The position numbers and the translations under genes were made by a program. Of a stretch of DNA of 64,000 bases, positions 1 through 9,488 are shown piece by piece; position 1 is the stretch's first letter; every line of letters starts with the position of its first letter. The notes under the pieces are model-generated. The model had not been told where the DNA came from. It ran no database searches and saw only the letters and a list, made by a program, of their open reading frames with translations. The stretch lies in IMG/VR virus record IMGVR_UViG_3300030060_007423, positions 106,802 to 170,801 of that record, one strand, 5' to 3'. The DNA comes from a virus.

Positions 1-1
1 C

Positions 2-655
2 CAAAAACAAAAAGTTTTATTGGCTGGATTGATAGAGGCATTAGGAATAGACTCTGGTGAATTGATGATGTTAGTAAACAAAATCAAAAAAGGACTTAAG
101 ACTGAAGATAAAGAAGAACAAGATGAAGTTGGATTGCAAATGCCATTCGTAATGGTTTCTTCTGTAGATGAAGGCAAATTAAATGAAAGTATGATTGGTA
201 TAAAAACTAAAGCAAACTTCAAACCTTTACAACTTAAAGGAGCATTGGAAAGAGCTGGAATTAAAGGTTTTCAGATGAATAGATTATCTGTGACTCTAAC
301 AGCATTAAAATTAGATAAAAAATACTTTAAGAAAGCTAAAGAGATTGTTGATAAGTTAGGACTTTCTGTTATGATGGCAAAAGAATCTGTAAATGAAGCT
401 ACTAATCTTTGGAAACACTTCGATGCAAAGATGAAATTACAAGATACTATTATGGACCTTGAATATGATATGAAAATGATAACTAAAGATATAGCTCAAC
501 TTCATAAAGATATGGAACAAGAGGCAGAACCAGAAGGCGGTCCTAAAGCTACTAGATATGGTAGAGACATCGAAAAGAAAGAAAAAGAATACAAAAAGAA
601 AAAAGCTGAGTTCAAAAAACTTATGGCTAAATTGGATAGAATGGAACAATACTAA
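2..655 (+). CDS. Lys/Glu-rich hypothetical protein, 5'-truncated; probable head/internal protein
   Basis: Frame is open to the window edge; charged coiled-coil character; internal LNE/VNE motifs like neighbouring head-region genes. Confidence 0.6.
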   Translation, partial: QKQKVLLAGLIEALGIDSGELMMLVNKIKKGLKTEDKEEQDEVGLQMPFVMVSSVDEGKLNESMIGIKTKANFKPLQLKGALERAGIKGFQMNRLSVTLTALKLDKKYFKKAKEIVDKLGLSVMMAKESVNEATNLWKHFDAKMKLQDTIMDLEYDMKMITKDIAQLHKDMEQEAEPEGGPKATRYGRDIEKKEKEYKKKKAEFKKLMAKLDRMEQY

Positions 656-1881
656 TGATTAGTTTGGTTGACATAGTAAACCTTAATAAATTGGTGTATT
701 CAGAAGACATCAAAAAGAAACATTTGGATGTAATAAATAATCCATCTCCTCTTTTTGAAAAATTTGATTTAACACAATGGATGGGAACTCCTCCTCCACA
801 AAATGGTAGTAGAACAACATTTAAGGAAATACTTCAGATAGATAGTATTCCAATGGATAGTGAATTTATTCATAGTGGTGATAAAACTATAAAATATTTT
901 GAAAATTGGTTTATTGAAAATACATGTGGATGTAATCATACATTTCCAAAAGCATATATAAATAAAATAAAAGATGCAACAAGACCTTTAATTCTAAAGT
1001 TAAAATATCATTATAATCGTCCAAGACCTATACAGGTTGCAGAAACACATGGATTAAAGTTTCATGAAGAACCATTGGAGAGTGCAAAAACTCCAGCATA
1101 TCCAAGTGGACATGCAACACAAGGAATGTTAATAGCTATGGTTCTATCTGAAATGTACCCAGAACATACTGGTGAATTAATGAATTTAGGTACTGATGTT
1201 GCAAACTCAAGAATGGTTGCAAAGGTACATTATCCATCTGACACAAAATTTGGATGTGATTTAGCAAAAGCATTATTTAATCATATTAAACAAAATTCTA
1301 ATATGAAAGAAAATATTGTAGAAAATAAAATTGTCAAAACCAAAAAACTTACCCTTAAGAATTTATTATCAGAAAATTATGATTTAGACAATCATCCAAA
1401 AAAGAAATGGATAAAGCAACAACTATCTTCAATAGATAAAAAAATAATGGAGTATTTGTTCAAACAGTACAAAGCAGTTTACTCGGCAGAAGGAATGGAC
1501 TTATCAGCGTTTAGTGCAAGTGAATTACAAAGTAGTTACCAAGTAGTAATGTTGATTGATGTTGACAAAGATCCTATGCCAGATGCATTTATATTTACAA
1601 GAGGTAATCGTGTAAAGTTATTAGCAACTGATGGACAAGGACCAAGTAAAAGTGCTGTAGTTAAAAAAGTTGTTAACATGGTAAAATCAGAAGGATACAA
1701 CTTAGAAGCTAGTAAAAAAATGAATGACATTATGATAGGTAAAGGCGCACCTGTTATAACTGATAAAAATAAAATTGAAAAAATGGTAGGACCAAAATTT
1801 ATAAAACACCTTGACAATGGATATTATGAAAGAAAACTTAAAAAAGGTGGTAATGTTGTAAAAAGAATGTATGGGAAATAG
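655..1881 (+). CDS. PAP2/acid phosphatase (vanadium haloperoxidase superfamily) domain fused to an unknown C-terminal domain
   Basis: All three PAP2 motifs present: KYHYNRPRP, PAYPSGHA, SRMVAKVHYPSD. Confidence 0.85.
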   Translation: MISLVDIVNLNKLVYSEDIKKKHLDVINNPSPLFEKFDLTQWMGTPPPQNGSRTTFKEILQIDSIPMDSEFIHSGDKTIKYFENWFIENTCGCNHTFPKAYINKIKDATRPLILKLKYHYNRPRPIQVAETHGLKFHEEPLESAKTPAYPSGHATQGMLIAMVLSEMYPEHTGELMNLGTDVANSRMVAKVHYPSDTKFGCDLAKALFNHIKQNSNMKENIVENKIVKTKKLTLKNLLSENYDLDNHPKKKWIKQQLSSIDKKIMEYLFKQYKAVYSAEGMDLSAFSASELQSSYQVVMLIDVDKDPMPDAFIFTRGNRVKLLATDGQGPSKSAVVKKVVNMVKSEGYNLEASKKMNDIMIGKGAPVITDKNKIEKMVGPKFIKHLDNGYYERKLKKGGNVVKRMYGK

Positions 1882-1883
1882 AT

Positions 1884-3161
1884 ATGGCTAAAATAAAAAA
1901 AGGTAGTATTGTAATACCTAAAATCGGTGTACACAAAGGCGAAAAGCACACTGTAATTCATGACTTTGGAAATGGTACATATAATATACAACCAATGGGA
2001 TTTAGAAACAAATACCACTTAGGAGCAGCTGGTGCAAAGGCAAGTGACTTAAAATTGGTTAAAGAAGACAAAGACATTGGCCATCAAGATGATGAACCAA
2101 ACATGTTAAAATCCACTGCATTGGAAATAATGGAGTATGGTAAAAAACTTATGGATAAGTTAGATAAGTATGATGATATGGAAGAAGAAGTTGATTTTCC
2201 TAATTGGTGGCAATCAAAGCTTATTATATCAAAAGAATATCTACAAAAAGCTTATCACTATCTAGATTCTGAAGAAAAAACTAAAGAAGATAAAGTAGAT
2301 GAATCAACAGAAACTGATGAGCTAAAAGTATTACTACGTGATTTAATACAGAAAGAAATGGAAGAAAGAGCCGTAGTATCTAAAATACCATCAGCTTATG
2401 GATATGACGAAGATGTAGCAGGAATATCTGTTAATGGTTCAGATGTTGAAGAATCAACAAAAGAGTATGGTAAATCTCTCAAAAAAATAGCATTGGATAA
2501 ACAATTAAAAATGTTATCTAAAAAAGATAAAGAAACATTGTTAAAAATTGCAAAACTAATGGGTAAAGAAAAACTCAAAGAAGTTATTGAAAAAGCCAAT
2601 AAATTAAATGAAGCAAACAAGTACCCAACAGTTTCAAACAAGTTTAAGAACGCATTAGACAGATTACCAGAAAAACATTTTCATAGAAAAGGTGTAAAGG
2701 CATTAATCAAAAAACTAAAAGAAAAAGACCCAGAAGCTGCAATGGCATATACAATGGCCGCATTTGGTTGGATGAAGAATATGAAAGAAGGGTTTGCTAG
2801 TTATGCACAGCAAAAAGCAGCATACGCTAGTGGATACAAAGGCAAAGGAAAGAAAAAAAGAAAAAAAGAATCTATGGCTAGTCACCCAGTTGTTAAACAA
2901 GGATTTGCAATAGGTAAAGCTAGTACTGTTGGTGGTGAGGAAATGTCATCTGCATCTGGAATATCTGATAGTGATGAAGACCCAACAGATAATCATTCTA
3001 AAAAAGTTAAAGAAATTGTAAAAGCTGAACTTAAAAAGGCAGGTCTTGAAGATGATTATAATATTTTAGATGTAATCACATCCTTAGGTTTAGAAAATAC
3101 AAATGAGTCAAAATTTATTAAAGTAGTTAGGGAAGAAATAAATAAACAGTTGGAGTTGTAA
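1884..3161 (+). CDS. Hypothetical multi-module charged protein, probable head/internal protein
   Basis: 425-aa ORF; short modules separated by VKE/LKE/LNE/MKE motifs. Confidence 0.6.
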   Translation: MAKIKKGSIVIPKIGVHKGEKHTVIHDFGNGTYNIQPMGFRNKYHLGAAGAKASDLKLVKEDKDIGHQDDEPNMLKSTALEIMEYGKKLMDKLDKYDDMEEEVDFPNWWQSKLIISKEYLQKAYHYLDSEEKTKEDKVDESTETDELKVLLRDLIQKEMEERAVVSKIPSAYGYDEDVAGISVNGSDVEESTKEYGKSLKKIALDKQLKMLSKKDKETLLKIAKLMGKEKLKEVIEKANKLNEANKYPTVSNKFKNALDRLPEKHFHRKGVKALIKKLKEKDPEAAMAYTMAAFGWMKNMKEGFASYAQQKAAYASGYKGKGKKKRKKESMASHPVVKQGFAIGKASTVGGEEMSSASGISDSDEDPTDNHSKKVKEIVKAELKKAGLEDDYNILDVITSLGLENTNESKFIKVVREEINKQLEL

Positions 3162-3883
3162 TGGTTTTAAGAATGACATTTAGTGGTAGCCAGCAAATCA
3201 TTGAAGAAGTCTGTGAACATTGTGGTGAAAAGATTGAAGATGTACAACACAGTGAAATAATAGTACAGAAAGATACTGACAAGCGAAGATTGAGAATGCA
3301 GGATAGGGATGGACAGAGAAGAGAACTATTTAAGAAGGCAGATAAAATTGCAGGTATAAAGGCATCAGCATCTGCACAAGGAATGTATGATAGAGCTATT
3401 GATGGAGATGACTTAAAGTATAGTGTACGTGCAGAAAGAATGTGTAGTTCAAGTGATGGCACAACTACTCAATTTTGTTATAGGGTTACAAATCCAAAAT
3501 TTTTAGCAAAGACTAAGGCAGATGGAACAAGTCTTAGTGCTAGTTTTTTTGATCCAAATGAACCATTAATAAACGAAACCGGTTCAAAGGTTGGATTAGA
3601 TAGGCGAGGAAATGTTGTTAGATTAAAAGAGGAAACTAAAGAAGGTGGTAGTAGAAGACAAAAGGGAGCCTTTGGAGTTACTTGGTTTGCAAATTTAGAT
3701 GCTAGGCGACAAAAAACTGTGTTGGAACAATATCGTGGTTGTAGCTACATGTTAAGATTAGGTGCACAACAAGCAAGTGCTGAAGATGTCCCAGGATTTC
3801 AAAAAGGTGAAATGGGTGAAGGATTGGCAACATTTAGATCTTTAGAAGAATTTAAGTTAGCACACAGTAGATACTGTAGTTAA
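3161..3883 (+). CDS. Hypothetical protein
   Basis: 240-aa ORF translationally coupled (TAATG) to upstream gene; N-terminal CxxC. Confidence 0.65.
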   Translation: MVLRMTFSGSQQIIEEVCEHCGEKIEDVQHSEIIVQKDTDKRRLRMQDRDGQRRELFKKADKIAGIKASASAQGMYDRAIDGDDLKYSVRAERMCSSSDGTTTQFCYRVTNPKFLAKTKADGTSLSASFFDPNEPLINETGSKVGLDRRGNVVRLKEETKEGGSRRQKGAFGVTWFANLDARRQKTVLEQYRGCSYMLRLGAQQASAEDVPGFQKGEMGEGLATFRSLEEFKLAHSRYCS

Positions 3884-3895
3884 GAGGAAATAATT

Positions 3896-4228
3896 ATGGA
3901 AAAAATATTATATAGAAATGAAAATTTAAGACTTGAAATATACGAGACGGCTGAACCTATATTGTTTACTGAGGCTGAATATCAAGGTCGTAAAGTTAAA
4001 CTTAACAAGATAATGCAAGGTGATGCAAAAAAGTTTAAGGTATATGTTAAAAATCCAAAGGGAAATGTTGTTAAAGTAAACTTTGGACAAGGTGGTGATG
4101 CTAAAGGTGGAACTATGCGTATAAGAAAAAATAACCCAAAGGCCCGTAAAAACTTTAGGGCTAGATTTAATTGTGATACACCAGGACCTAAACACAAAGC
4201 AAGGTACTGGGCATGTAGAACTTGGTAG
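3896..4228 (+). CDS. Conserved basic phage protein (DUF6321-like)
   Basis: EAEYQGRKVKLNK...KKFKVYV...VNFG...FRARFNC...YWACRTW pattern typical of large-phage head-region proteins; AGAGG RBS. Confidence 0.65.
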   Translation: MEKILYRNENLRLEIYETAEPILFTEAEYQGRKVKLNKIMQGDAKKFKVYVKNPKGNVVKVNFGQGGDAKGGTMRIRKNNPKARKNFRARFNCDTPGPKHKARYWACRTW

Positions 4229-4237
4229 GAAATTATT

Positions 4238-4933
4238 ATGATAAAACAAACATTAAAAATAATTGAAAGAATTGGTTCAACTACATGGTCTGGGTATACA
4301 GAAAAAGGTCGCTCATTAGACAATACTGTAGGTGGACAGCCAGCTGGCAAATCTCTTAAGAGACGTGTTGCAGATAATACAGTACCTGACCATGATGGAA
4401 AATCTGCACCGTATGGTTCAGCATATAAAAAAGTAAAAGACTTAGATGAGATGAGTGCAACTGCCAAAAAACATGGTAAGTTTGGTCTTACAAATGTACC
4501 ATTTCCAACTGAAGAACCAAATGAGTTTGCATATTTAGATTTTGTAAAGTATGTTAAGAAAAATGAAAAGAAAATCATGAAAGCATTATCAAATGTTAGA
4601 GGTGAAAGAATGTTTAAGGCAATTGAATCTGTATGGTCTAACTGGGATGATAAAGCAAATAAAGGAGCTTTTTCAAATATTCGTGGTAATAAGTTTGGTA
4701 GAGCATTAGTCTTAATGTTAAGAAAAGACGATTTAGTTTTTCAAAATACTGGAAACAAAATAACTAATCTAAAAGAAAAATATAATATTAGAAAGCAATC
4801 TTGTACACAATCTGATGGAGACAAAGGAAATACAGTTTTATATTATACAACTAAAAAGGGTAAAAAACGTAGTAATTGTCATACATCAAAAAAGAATGCA
4901 AAAGACCAGATTGCAGCAATAGAGGGACCATAA
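4238..4933 (+). CDS. Hypothetical basic protein, probable head/internal protein
   Basis: MIKQTLKIIE leader; HDGKSAPYGS module. Confidence 0.6.
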   Translation: MIKQTLKIIERIGSTTWSGYTEKGRSLDNTVGGQPAGKSLKRRVADNTVPDHDGKSAPYGSAYKKVKDLDEMSATAKKHGKFGLTNVPFPTEEPNEFAYLDFVKYVKKNEKKIMKALSNVRGERMFKAIESVWSNWDDKANKGAFSNIRGNKFGRALVLMLRKDDLVFQNTGNKITNLKEKYNIRKQSCTQSDGDKGNTVLYYTTKKGKKRSNCHTSKKNAKDQIAAIEGP

Positions 4934-4935
4934 TC

Positions 4936-5472
4936 ATGATAAAGAAAACATTACAACTTTTTGAAGATAAAAAATCATCCAGTGCAGATCCAAAAAAATC
5001 ACCAGAATATTACAAAGGACTTTCTGCAAAAGAAAAGAAAGAAAGATCAAATGTAATTGCACGTAGAAGTAAAATGGACGATGATGACCCAGAAGCATAT
5101 GCAAAATTTAGAAGTGATGCTGGTGAAAAAACTAAACCATCAAAGCATACTAATAAATTCAAACAAATGTTTGGTGAAGAAAAGTGGAATACTCTTAAAG
5201 AAGTATATGAAATGGCAAAAGGCCTAAATGAAATGAGTGCTGCTGTAAAAAAAGCATTAAAGAAAAAAGCTGATAAATCTGGAATGCCTTTAGGTGTACT
5301 AAAGCAAGTATTTAACAGAGGAATGGCTGCATGGAAAACTGGACATAGACCTGGTGCAAGTCAACAACAGTGGGGATATGCAAGAGTAAATAGTTTTGCA
5401 ACAAAAAGTCCAGGTACTTGGGGTAAAGCAGATAAAGATTTAGCTAAAAAGGTTAGAGGAAAAAAGAAATAG
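4936..5472 (+). CDS. DUF5824-like protein (start reassigned to ATG 4936)
   Basis: KADKSGMPLGVLKQVFNRGMAAWKTGHRPGASQQQWGYARVNSF matches the DUF5824 pattern of large viruses/phages. Confidence 0.7.
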   Translation: MIKKTLQLFEDKKSSSADPKKSPEYYKGLSAKEKKERSNVIARRSKMDDDDPEAYAKFRSDAGEKTKPSKHTNKFKQMFGEEKWNTLKEVYEMAKGLNEMSAAVKKALKKKADKSGMPLGVLKQVFNRGMAAWKTGHRPGASQQQWGYARVNSFATKSPGTWGKADKDLAKKVRGKKK

Positions 5473-6164
5473 TGATTAGCCTTAAACAAATATTAGAAGG
5501 TAGCAGTAATACTTCAACATACACAGCCGATAGTGGTGAACCTGATACAGGATTTTTACCAGGTGGAAAGGCAAGACGTCTTGGTATGAGAAAGGGTAAA
5601 CCTGAACCTTGGTTTGAAAATGGAGGATACACACAGGTTGATTTTCCTAAAGGTGATTACATATATGGAAAAAGAACACGAGCCGAATTTAGTGTAAAGA
5701 AACGAAACGTTAGAATGGTTGTAAAATTAAAAGAATCAAATAAACCATTGAACGAAAGATTTATTGTTGAATCATCAAAATCTGAAATTATGGATGTAGT
5801 CAATACAGTATATCCATATATAGTAAAAGATTTAGGTGGAAGAGCCGTAAAGGTTGAAGTACACAACAATATTTACAAAAGACTTGGTGCTGTTGGTGAA
5901 GAAGATTTAATGGTTGATAACAATCCTTATGGTGAATATGATTGGGATAAAAGAAAGATATATCTATACGCATCAGCAATAAAGAATACTGAACAAATAA
6001 TTAGGTCATTACTACATGAACATACCCATACATTACAGAGTAGAAAAAAGTTCAAAGCTGGATATGATAGTGGAAAATATGATTACAAAACTCATCCATA
6101 TGAAAAAGCTGCAACACAAGCTGAAAGAAATTGGAAAAAATATTTGAAGTACCTAAATGATTAA
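5472..6164 (+). CDS. Zincin-like metallopeptidase (HExxH) protein
   Basis: SLLHEHTHTLQ plus downstream PYEKAA. Confidence 0.7.
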   Translation: MISLKQILEGSSNTSTYTADSGEPDTGFLPGGKARRLGMRKGKPEPWFENGGYTQVDFPKGDYIYGKRTRAEFSVKKRNVRMVVKLKESNKPLNERFIVESSKSEIMDVVNTVYPYIVKDLGGRAVKVEVHNNIYKRLGAVGEEDLMVDNNPYGEYDWDKRKIYLYASAIKNTEQIIRSLLHEHTHTLQSRKKFKAGYDSGKYDYKTHPYEKAATQAERNWKKYLKYLND

Positions 6165-6678
6165 ACTAAAAGACATATTACATGAAGGTATTACTCTCAG
6201 TATATTTGACTTTGATGATACATTGGCAAAAACTGATAGTTGGATATATGTTATTAAAAATGGACGAGAAGTAAAAAGATTAGACCCGGCACAATTTGCA
6301 ACTTATACTCCAAAGGTTGGTGAAACATTTGATTTTAAGGATTTTGATAAAAAACTAAAAAACCCTAAAATCATAAAGAAAAACGTTGATTTATTACGTA
6401 AACAACTAAGTAAAGGTGGCAGGAAAGTGACTATATTAACTGCCAGAAGACTTGGTGCACCCATAAATTCTTTTTTCAAAACTCTAGGTATTCAGCCATA
6501 CATTGTACCATTAGGTGATGCAAATCCACAAAAGAAAGCAGATTATATAGAAAAGCAAATAAGAAAAGGAAAGTATAATCCTATATACTTTATGGATGAT
6601 AGTCCAAAGAATATCAGAGCAGTTGACTCACTAAAAAAGAAATATCCTAGAATCAAACTAATAACCAAGCTTGTATGA
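6157..6678 (+). CDS. HAD-superfamily phosphatase
   Basis: FDFDDTL (motif I), ILTAR (II), K (III), FMDDSPKNI (IV). Confidence 0.8.
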   Translation: MIKLKDILHEGITLSIFDFDDTLAKTDSWIYVIKNGREVKRLDPAQFATYTPKVGETFDFKDFDKKLKNPKIIKKNVDLLRKQLSKGGRKVTILTARRLGAPINSFFKTLGIQPYIVPLGDANPQKKADYIEKQIRKGKYNPIYFMDDSPKNIRAVDSLKKKYPRIKLITKLV

Positions 6679-6681
6679 TAA

Positions 6682-7050
6682 ATGTCAGATATAAAAATCA
6701 TAAAACTAGACACTCATGCTCAAGGCCTTATTGGTTGGATTGCAGTACAGAATGACCACACTTTAGGGCATATATTCATGTCCGTTGAACTCGAAATGAA
6801 AATAAAGTTTTTAGATGCTTGGGTACATGAGGAGCATAGGAGAAAAGGTATATTCAGAAAATTGTGGAATACCAGGTGGTCATTTGTTCAAGAAAATTAT
6901 AATGGCTATAAAGTATACGCATGGGCATTACCAAAAAGTTTGCCACTCCTATTAGAAAAGGGCTTTATAGAGGGTGACACTTGTGTATATGTTGAAAGGC
7001 AAGTTGAAGACTTGAAGCCTCCTGGAGAGCAATGTTTTGTCTCTTGTTAA
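6682..7050 (+). CDS. GNAT acetyltransferase
   Basis: WVHEEHRRKGIFRKL acetyl-CoA motif A; LEKGF motif B. Confidence 0.8.
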   Translation: MSDIKIIKLDTHAQGLIGWIAVQNDHTLGHIFMSVELEMKIKFLDAWVHEEHRRKGIFRKLWNTRWSFVQENYNGYKVYAWALPKSLPLLLEKGFIEGDTCVYVERQVEDLKPPGEQCFVSC

Positions 7051-7157
7051 AGAAAAATTAAGAAATAGCATAATAAAGTGTATAAATGCTATTAGCATAG
7101 CTTAAATAAATCTCCATATTTTACTTTATATTAGTTGAATTTTATATTTATTAGTAT

Positions 7158-7403
7158 ATGAAAGTAATAACTCATAGATTCAAAAGAAGTGTAGCGGATG
7201 ATAGTGATATTGTCTACTTAGTAAATTTAGTAGATTTCACTGGCAGACCGCTTGAAAGTTATATTGCAGAAACAACAGAAGAAAGAAATAATAAGTCAAA
7301 TAGTTTATTAAAAAGACATAATGTCAATGTTGTACAACACAATCAAGGTTTTAGTATTAGGACAGAAAATTCTACAGAGATTGTAGATAATGTTACTATC
7401 TAA
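7158..7403 (+). CDS. Hypothetical protein
   Basis: 81-aa ORF downstream of a TATTTAT motif. Confidence 0.5.
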   Translation: MKVITHRFKRSVADDSDIVYLVNLVDFTGRPLESYIAETTEERNNKSNSLLKRHNVNVVQHNQGFSIRTENSTEIVDNVTI

Positions 7404-7437
7404 ATAATCAATATTTTATGGTATAAAATTTTTTTAA

Positions 7438-7460
7438 TTCAAGATTTTTAGTTATATTTA
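7438..7460 (+). promoter_or_regulatory. Phage promoter, YCAA-N8-GTTATATT class
   Basis: TTCAA-gattttta-GTTATATTTA; same spacing as 11 other intergenic copies. Confidence 0.6.
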
Positions 7461-7501
7461 TAACTTAAAGAAATAACTCCACTATTAGGAGCTATGCATA
7501 C

Positions 7502-7980
7502 AATTTAGAATAGAGGTTAGAAAAAAAGAGGAAAATACATGAGAAATTTAATTTTAACAATTGCTTTAGTATGTGGATTAGTTTTCACATCACAAGCACA
7601 AAACGCTAAAGGCGACTGGTATGTTGGAACTGGTGATATTGCTAATATCGCTTGGACTGACTGGGCAATAAACCCAACAATTGGATATGCAGTACATGAC
7701 AACCTTATGGTTGGCGCATCTGTATCACAAGCAAATGAAGAAGCTGATTTAGATATGGATTTCCACGCTAGATATTTCTGGAACGGATATTTCGGATATG
7801 TAGCGACTGATGGACTTAGCACTGATGGCATGCTATTAGGTGCTGGTAAAATGTTTACACTACGAAAAGGTGTCTATGTAGACCCTAAAGTAGTATATAA
7901 CTCAGGAGATAAGACAACGAACCTACAGTTAGGTTTCGGTCTTACATTTTAATTATTAATTAAACCCTCTAATCTAAATT
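7502..7980. repeat. Inverted repeat enclosing the beta-barrel gene (arms 7502-7518 and 7963-7980)
   Basis: AATTTAGA-A-TAGAGG-TT pairs with AA-C-CCTCTA-A-TCTAAATT (8+6 bp, one mismatch). Confidence 0.6.
7539..7952 (+). CDS. Small outer-membrane beta-barrel protein with Sec signal peptide
   Basis: Signal peptide ending SQA|Q; alternating amphipathic strands; C-terminal BAM-type signal LQLGFGLTF ending in Phe. Confidence 0.8.
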   Translation: MRNLILTIALVCGLVFTSQAQNAKGDWYVGTGDIANIAWTDWAINPTIGYAVHDNLMVGASVSQANEEADLDMDFHARYFWNGYFGYVATDGLSTDGMLLGAGKMFTLRKGVYVDPKVVYNSGDKTTNLQLGFGLTF

Positions 7981-8013
7981 ATTTTATTAACATTAACAAA
8001 GAAGGAGAAAACA

Positions 8014-8238
8014 ATGGATTCAGTAATTAAATACGTAACAGGTTTTTTTGGTGGATTGTTATCAATTATGATGGCAGTTTTACCAGTTACTATCGTTTGG
8101 CAAGTATTGACAGGCGGAAATGTATTTGGAATGGATGTTGTTGCTAATTTATCTGCTCTTGTAGAATCACTAGGTAATGGTGGTTTTGTAGGACTAGTAG
8201 TATTGGTAATAATTGCGTCATTCTTTACTAAGAAATAG
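8014..8238 (+). CDS. Small membrane protein (two TM helices)
   Basis: Two hydrophobic segments; AAGGAG RBS; followed by terminator. Confidence 0.7.
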   Translation: MDSVIKYVTGFFGGLLSIMMAVLPVTIVWQVLTGGNVFGMDVVANLSALVESLGNGGFVGLVVLVIIASFFTKK

Positions 8239-8261
8239 TTTTATTTGATAATAATCTAGTT

Positions 8262-8300
8262 AAACGGCTCTGAAGAAATTTGGAGCCGTTTTATTTTTAT
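8262..8300 (+). terminator. Rho-independent terminator
   Basis: AAACGGCTC (8262-8270)/GAGCCGTTT (8283-8291) stem followed by a T-rich tract. Confidence 0.8.
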
Positions 8301-8302
8301 TT

Positions 8303-8325
8303 GTCAATTATTTTTGTTATATTTA
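8303..8325 (+). promoter_or_regulatory. Phage promoter, YCAA-N8-GTTATATT class
   Basis: GTCAA-ttattttt-GTTATATTTA. Confidence 0.6.
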
Positions 8326-8344
8326 TTAAAAAGAAAATCAAACT

Positions 8345-8509
8345 ATGGAAACAATAGCAATTATTTTATTTGGAGCAGCTTGCTTCGCAATGGGAATGTA
8401 TGTAACTACTCAGATAAGTTCATGGATAGACAGTAGGATACAACATAAAAAGTTTATGAAAAACTTGGAAAACTTTGATAAAGACAAAGATGGAAATAAA
8501 AGCGTTTAA
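8345..8509 (+). CDS. Small membrane protein (54 aa, below ORF-track cutoff)
   Basis: METIAIILFGAACFAMGMYVT... directly after the promoter; one TM segment. Confidence 0.5.
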   Translation: METIAIILFGAACFAMGMYVTTQISSWIDSRIQHKKFMKNLENFDKDKDGNKSV

Positions 8510-8743
8510 TAAAGGATTAAAGGTTATAAGTAGTTGTAAGAATTATTCTCAAATTAGAGGAGCTTATAATTATGTACATAACTATAGAATCTTGTTTGGT
8601 AAAACAAAATTATGGAAAGACCTCTATAATTTTTGTGGTAGAAAACGAGAAATGTTAGGAGACTATGATGGAAGATAAGTATTGGGTAACAACAACTACA
8701 GCTGGTGATTACGAAGTTGTATATCATATAGTGGAGAATTAAT

Positions 8744-8962
8744 ATGGGATTTCATAAAAGATATATTAGTAATGACCAAATAATGAAAATGTATACCAAT
8801 GATGGAATGCAAAAGGTTTATGATTGGTATACAAAAGGTGTTGACGCATTAATTACAGAGACGGGCCTTGCATCAGATGTTGGAGATTTAATAGGAACAA
8901 ATGATGACTGGAATAAAATGTCAATATTAATATCAACAGCTGCAATTAAACAGGCAAAGTAA
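8744..8962 (+). CDS. Hypothetical protein
   Basis: MGFHKRYI start, GGAG RBS, coupled to next gene. Confidence 0.55.
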   Translation: MGFHKRYISNDQIMKMYTNDGMQKVYDWYTKGVDALITETGLASDVGDLIGTNDDWNKMSILISTAAIKQAK

Positions 8963-9477
8963 TGTCAGATATAGTTAGGAAGAGACATAGTAAAAGACCA
9001 CTTCTTCAGGCAGAACTTGAAGTTGCAATGAAAAATAGCAAATCAAATAAAGGTGCAGCTAGATTTTTAGGAGTATCGTATAACACATATAAAAAATATG
9101 CAAAGTTATATACAGATGAAAGTGGTACTACTCTTTTTGACAAACATCGTAACTGGTATGGAAGAGGTATTCCAAAAGTTAGAGACTTAGGAAAGATTCC
9201 ATTGGAAGAAATACTTGAAGGTAAACATCCAACATATCCAAGATGGAAACTTAGAGAGAGATTAGTTAAGGCTGGATATTTGGAAGGTGCATGCCAAAAT
9301 TGTGGATATTGTGAAACACGAATCACTGACGGGAGAAGTCCACTGCTTCTAGAATTTAGTGATGAAAATGTAAATAACTTGAAGGTAGATAATCTATACG
9401 AATTATGTTATAATTGTCACTTTCAATTAATAGGTGGATTAAATCAGAAAAAATCAAATAAATTACATGGAATTTAA
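8962..9477 (+). CDS. HTH + HNH-like zinc-finger protein (HNH site degenerate)
   Basis: AARFLGVSYNTYKKY helix-turn-helix; CQNC...NL..LCYNCH HNH/Zn pattern. Confidence 0.7.
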   Translation: MSDIVRKRHSKRPLLQAELEVAMKNSKSNKGAARFLGVSYNTYKKYAKLYTDESGTTLFDKHRNWYGRGIPKVRDLGKIPLEEILEGKHPTYPRWKLRERLVKAGYLEGACQNCGYCETRITDGRSPLLLEFSDENVNNLKVDNLYELCYNCHFQLIGGLNQKKSNKLHGI

Positions 9478-9488
9478 TAGAATTAGTT

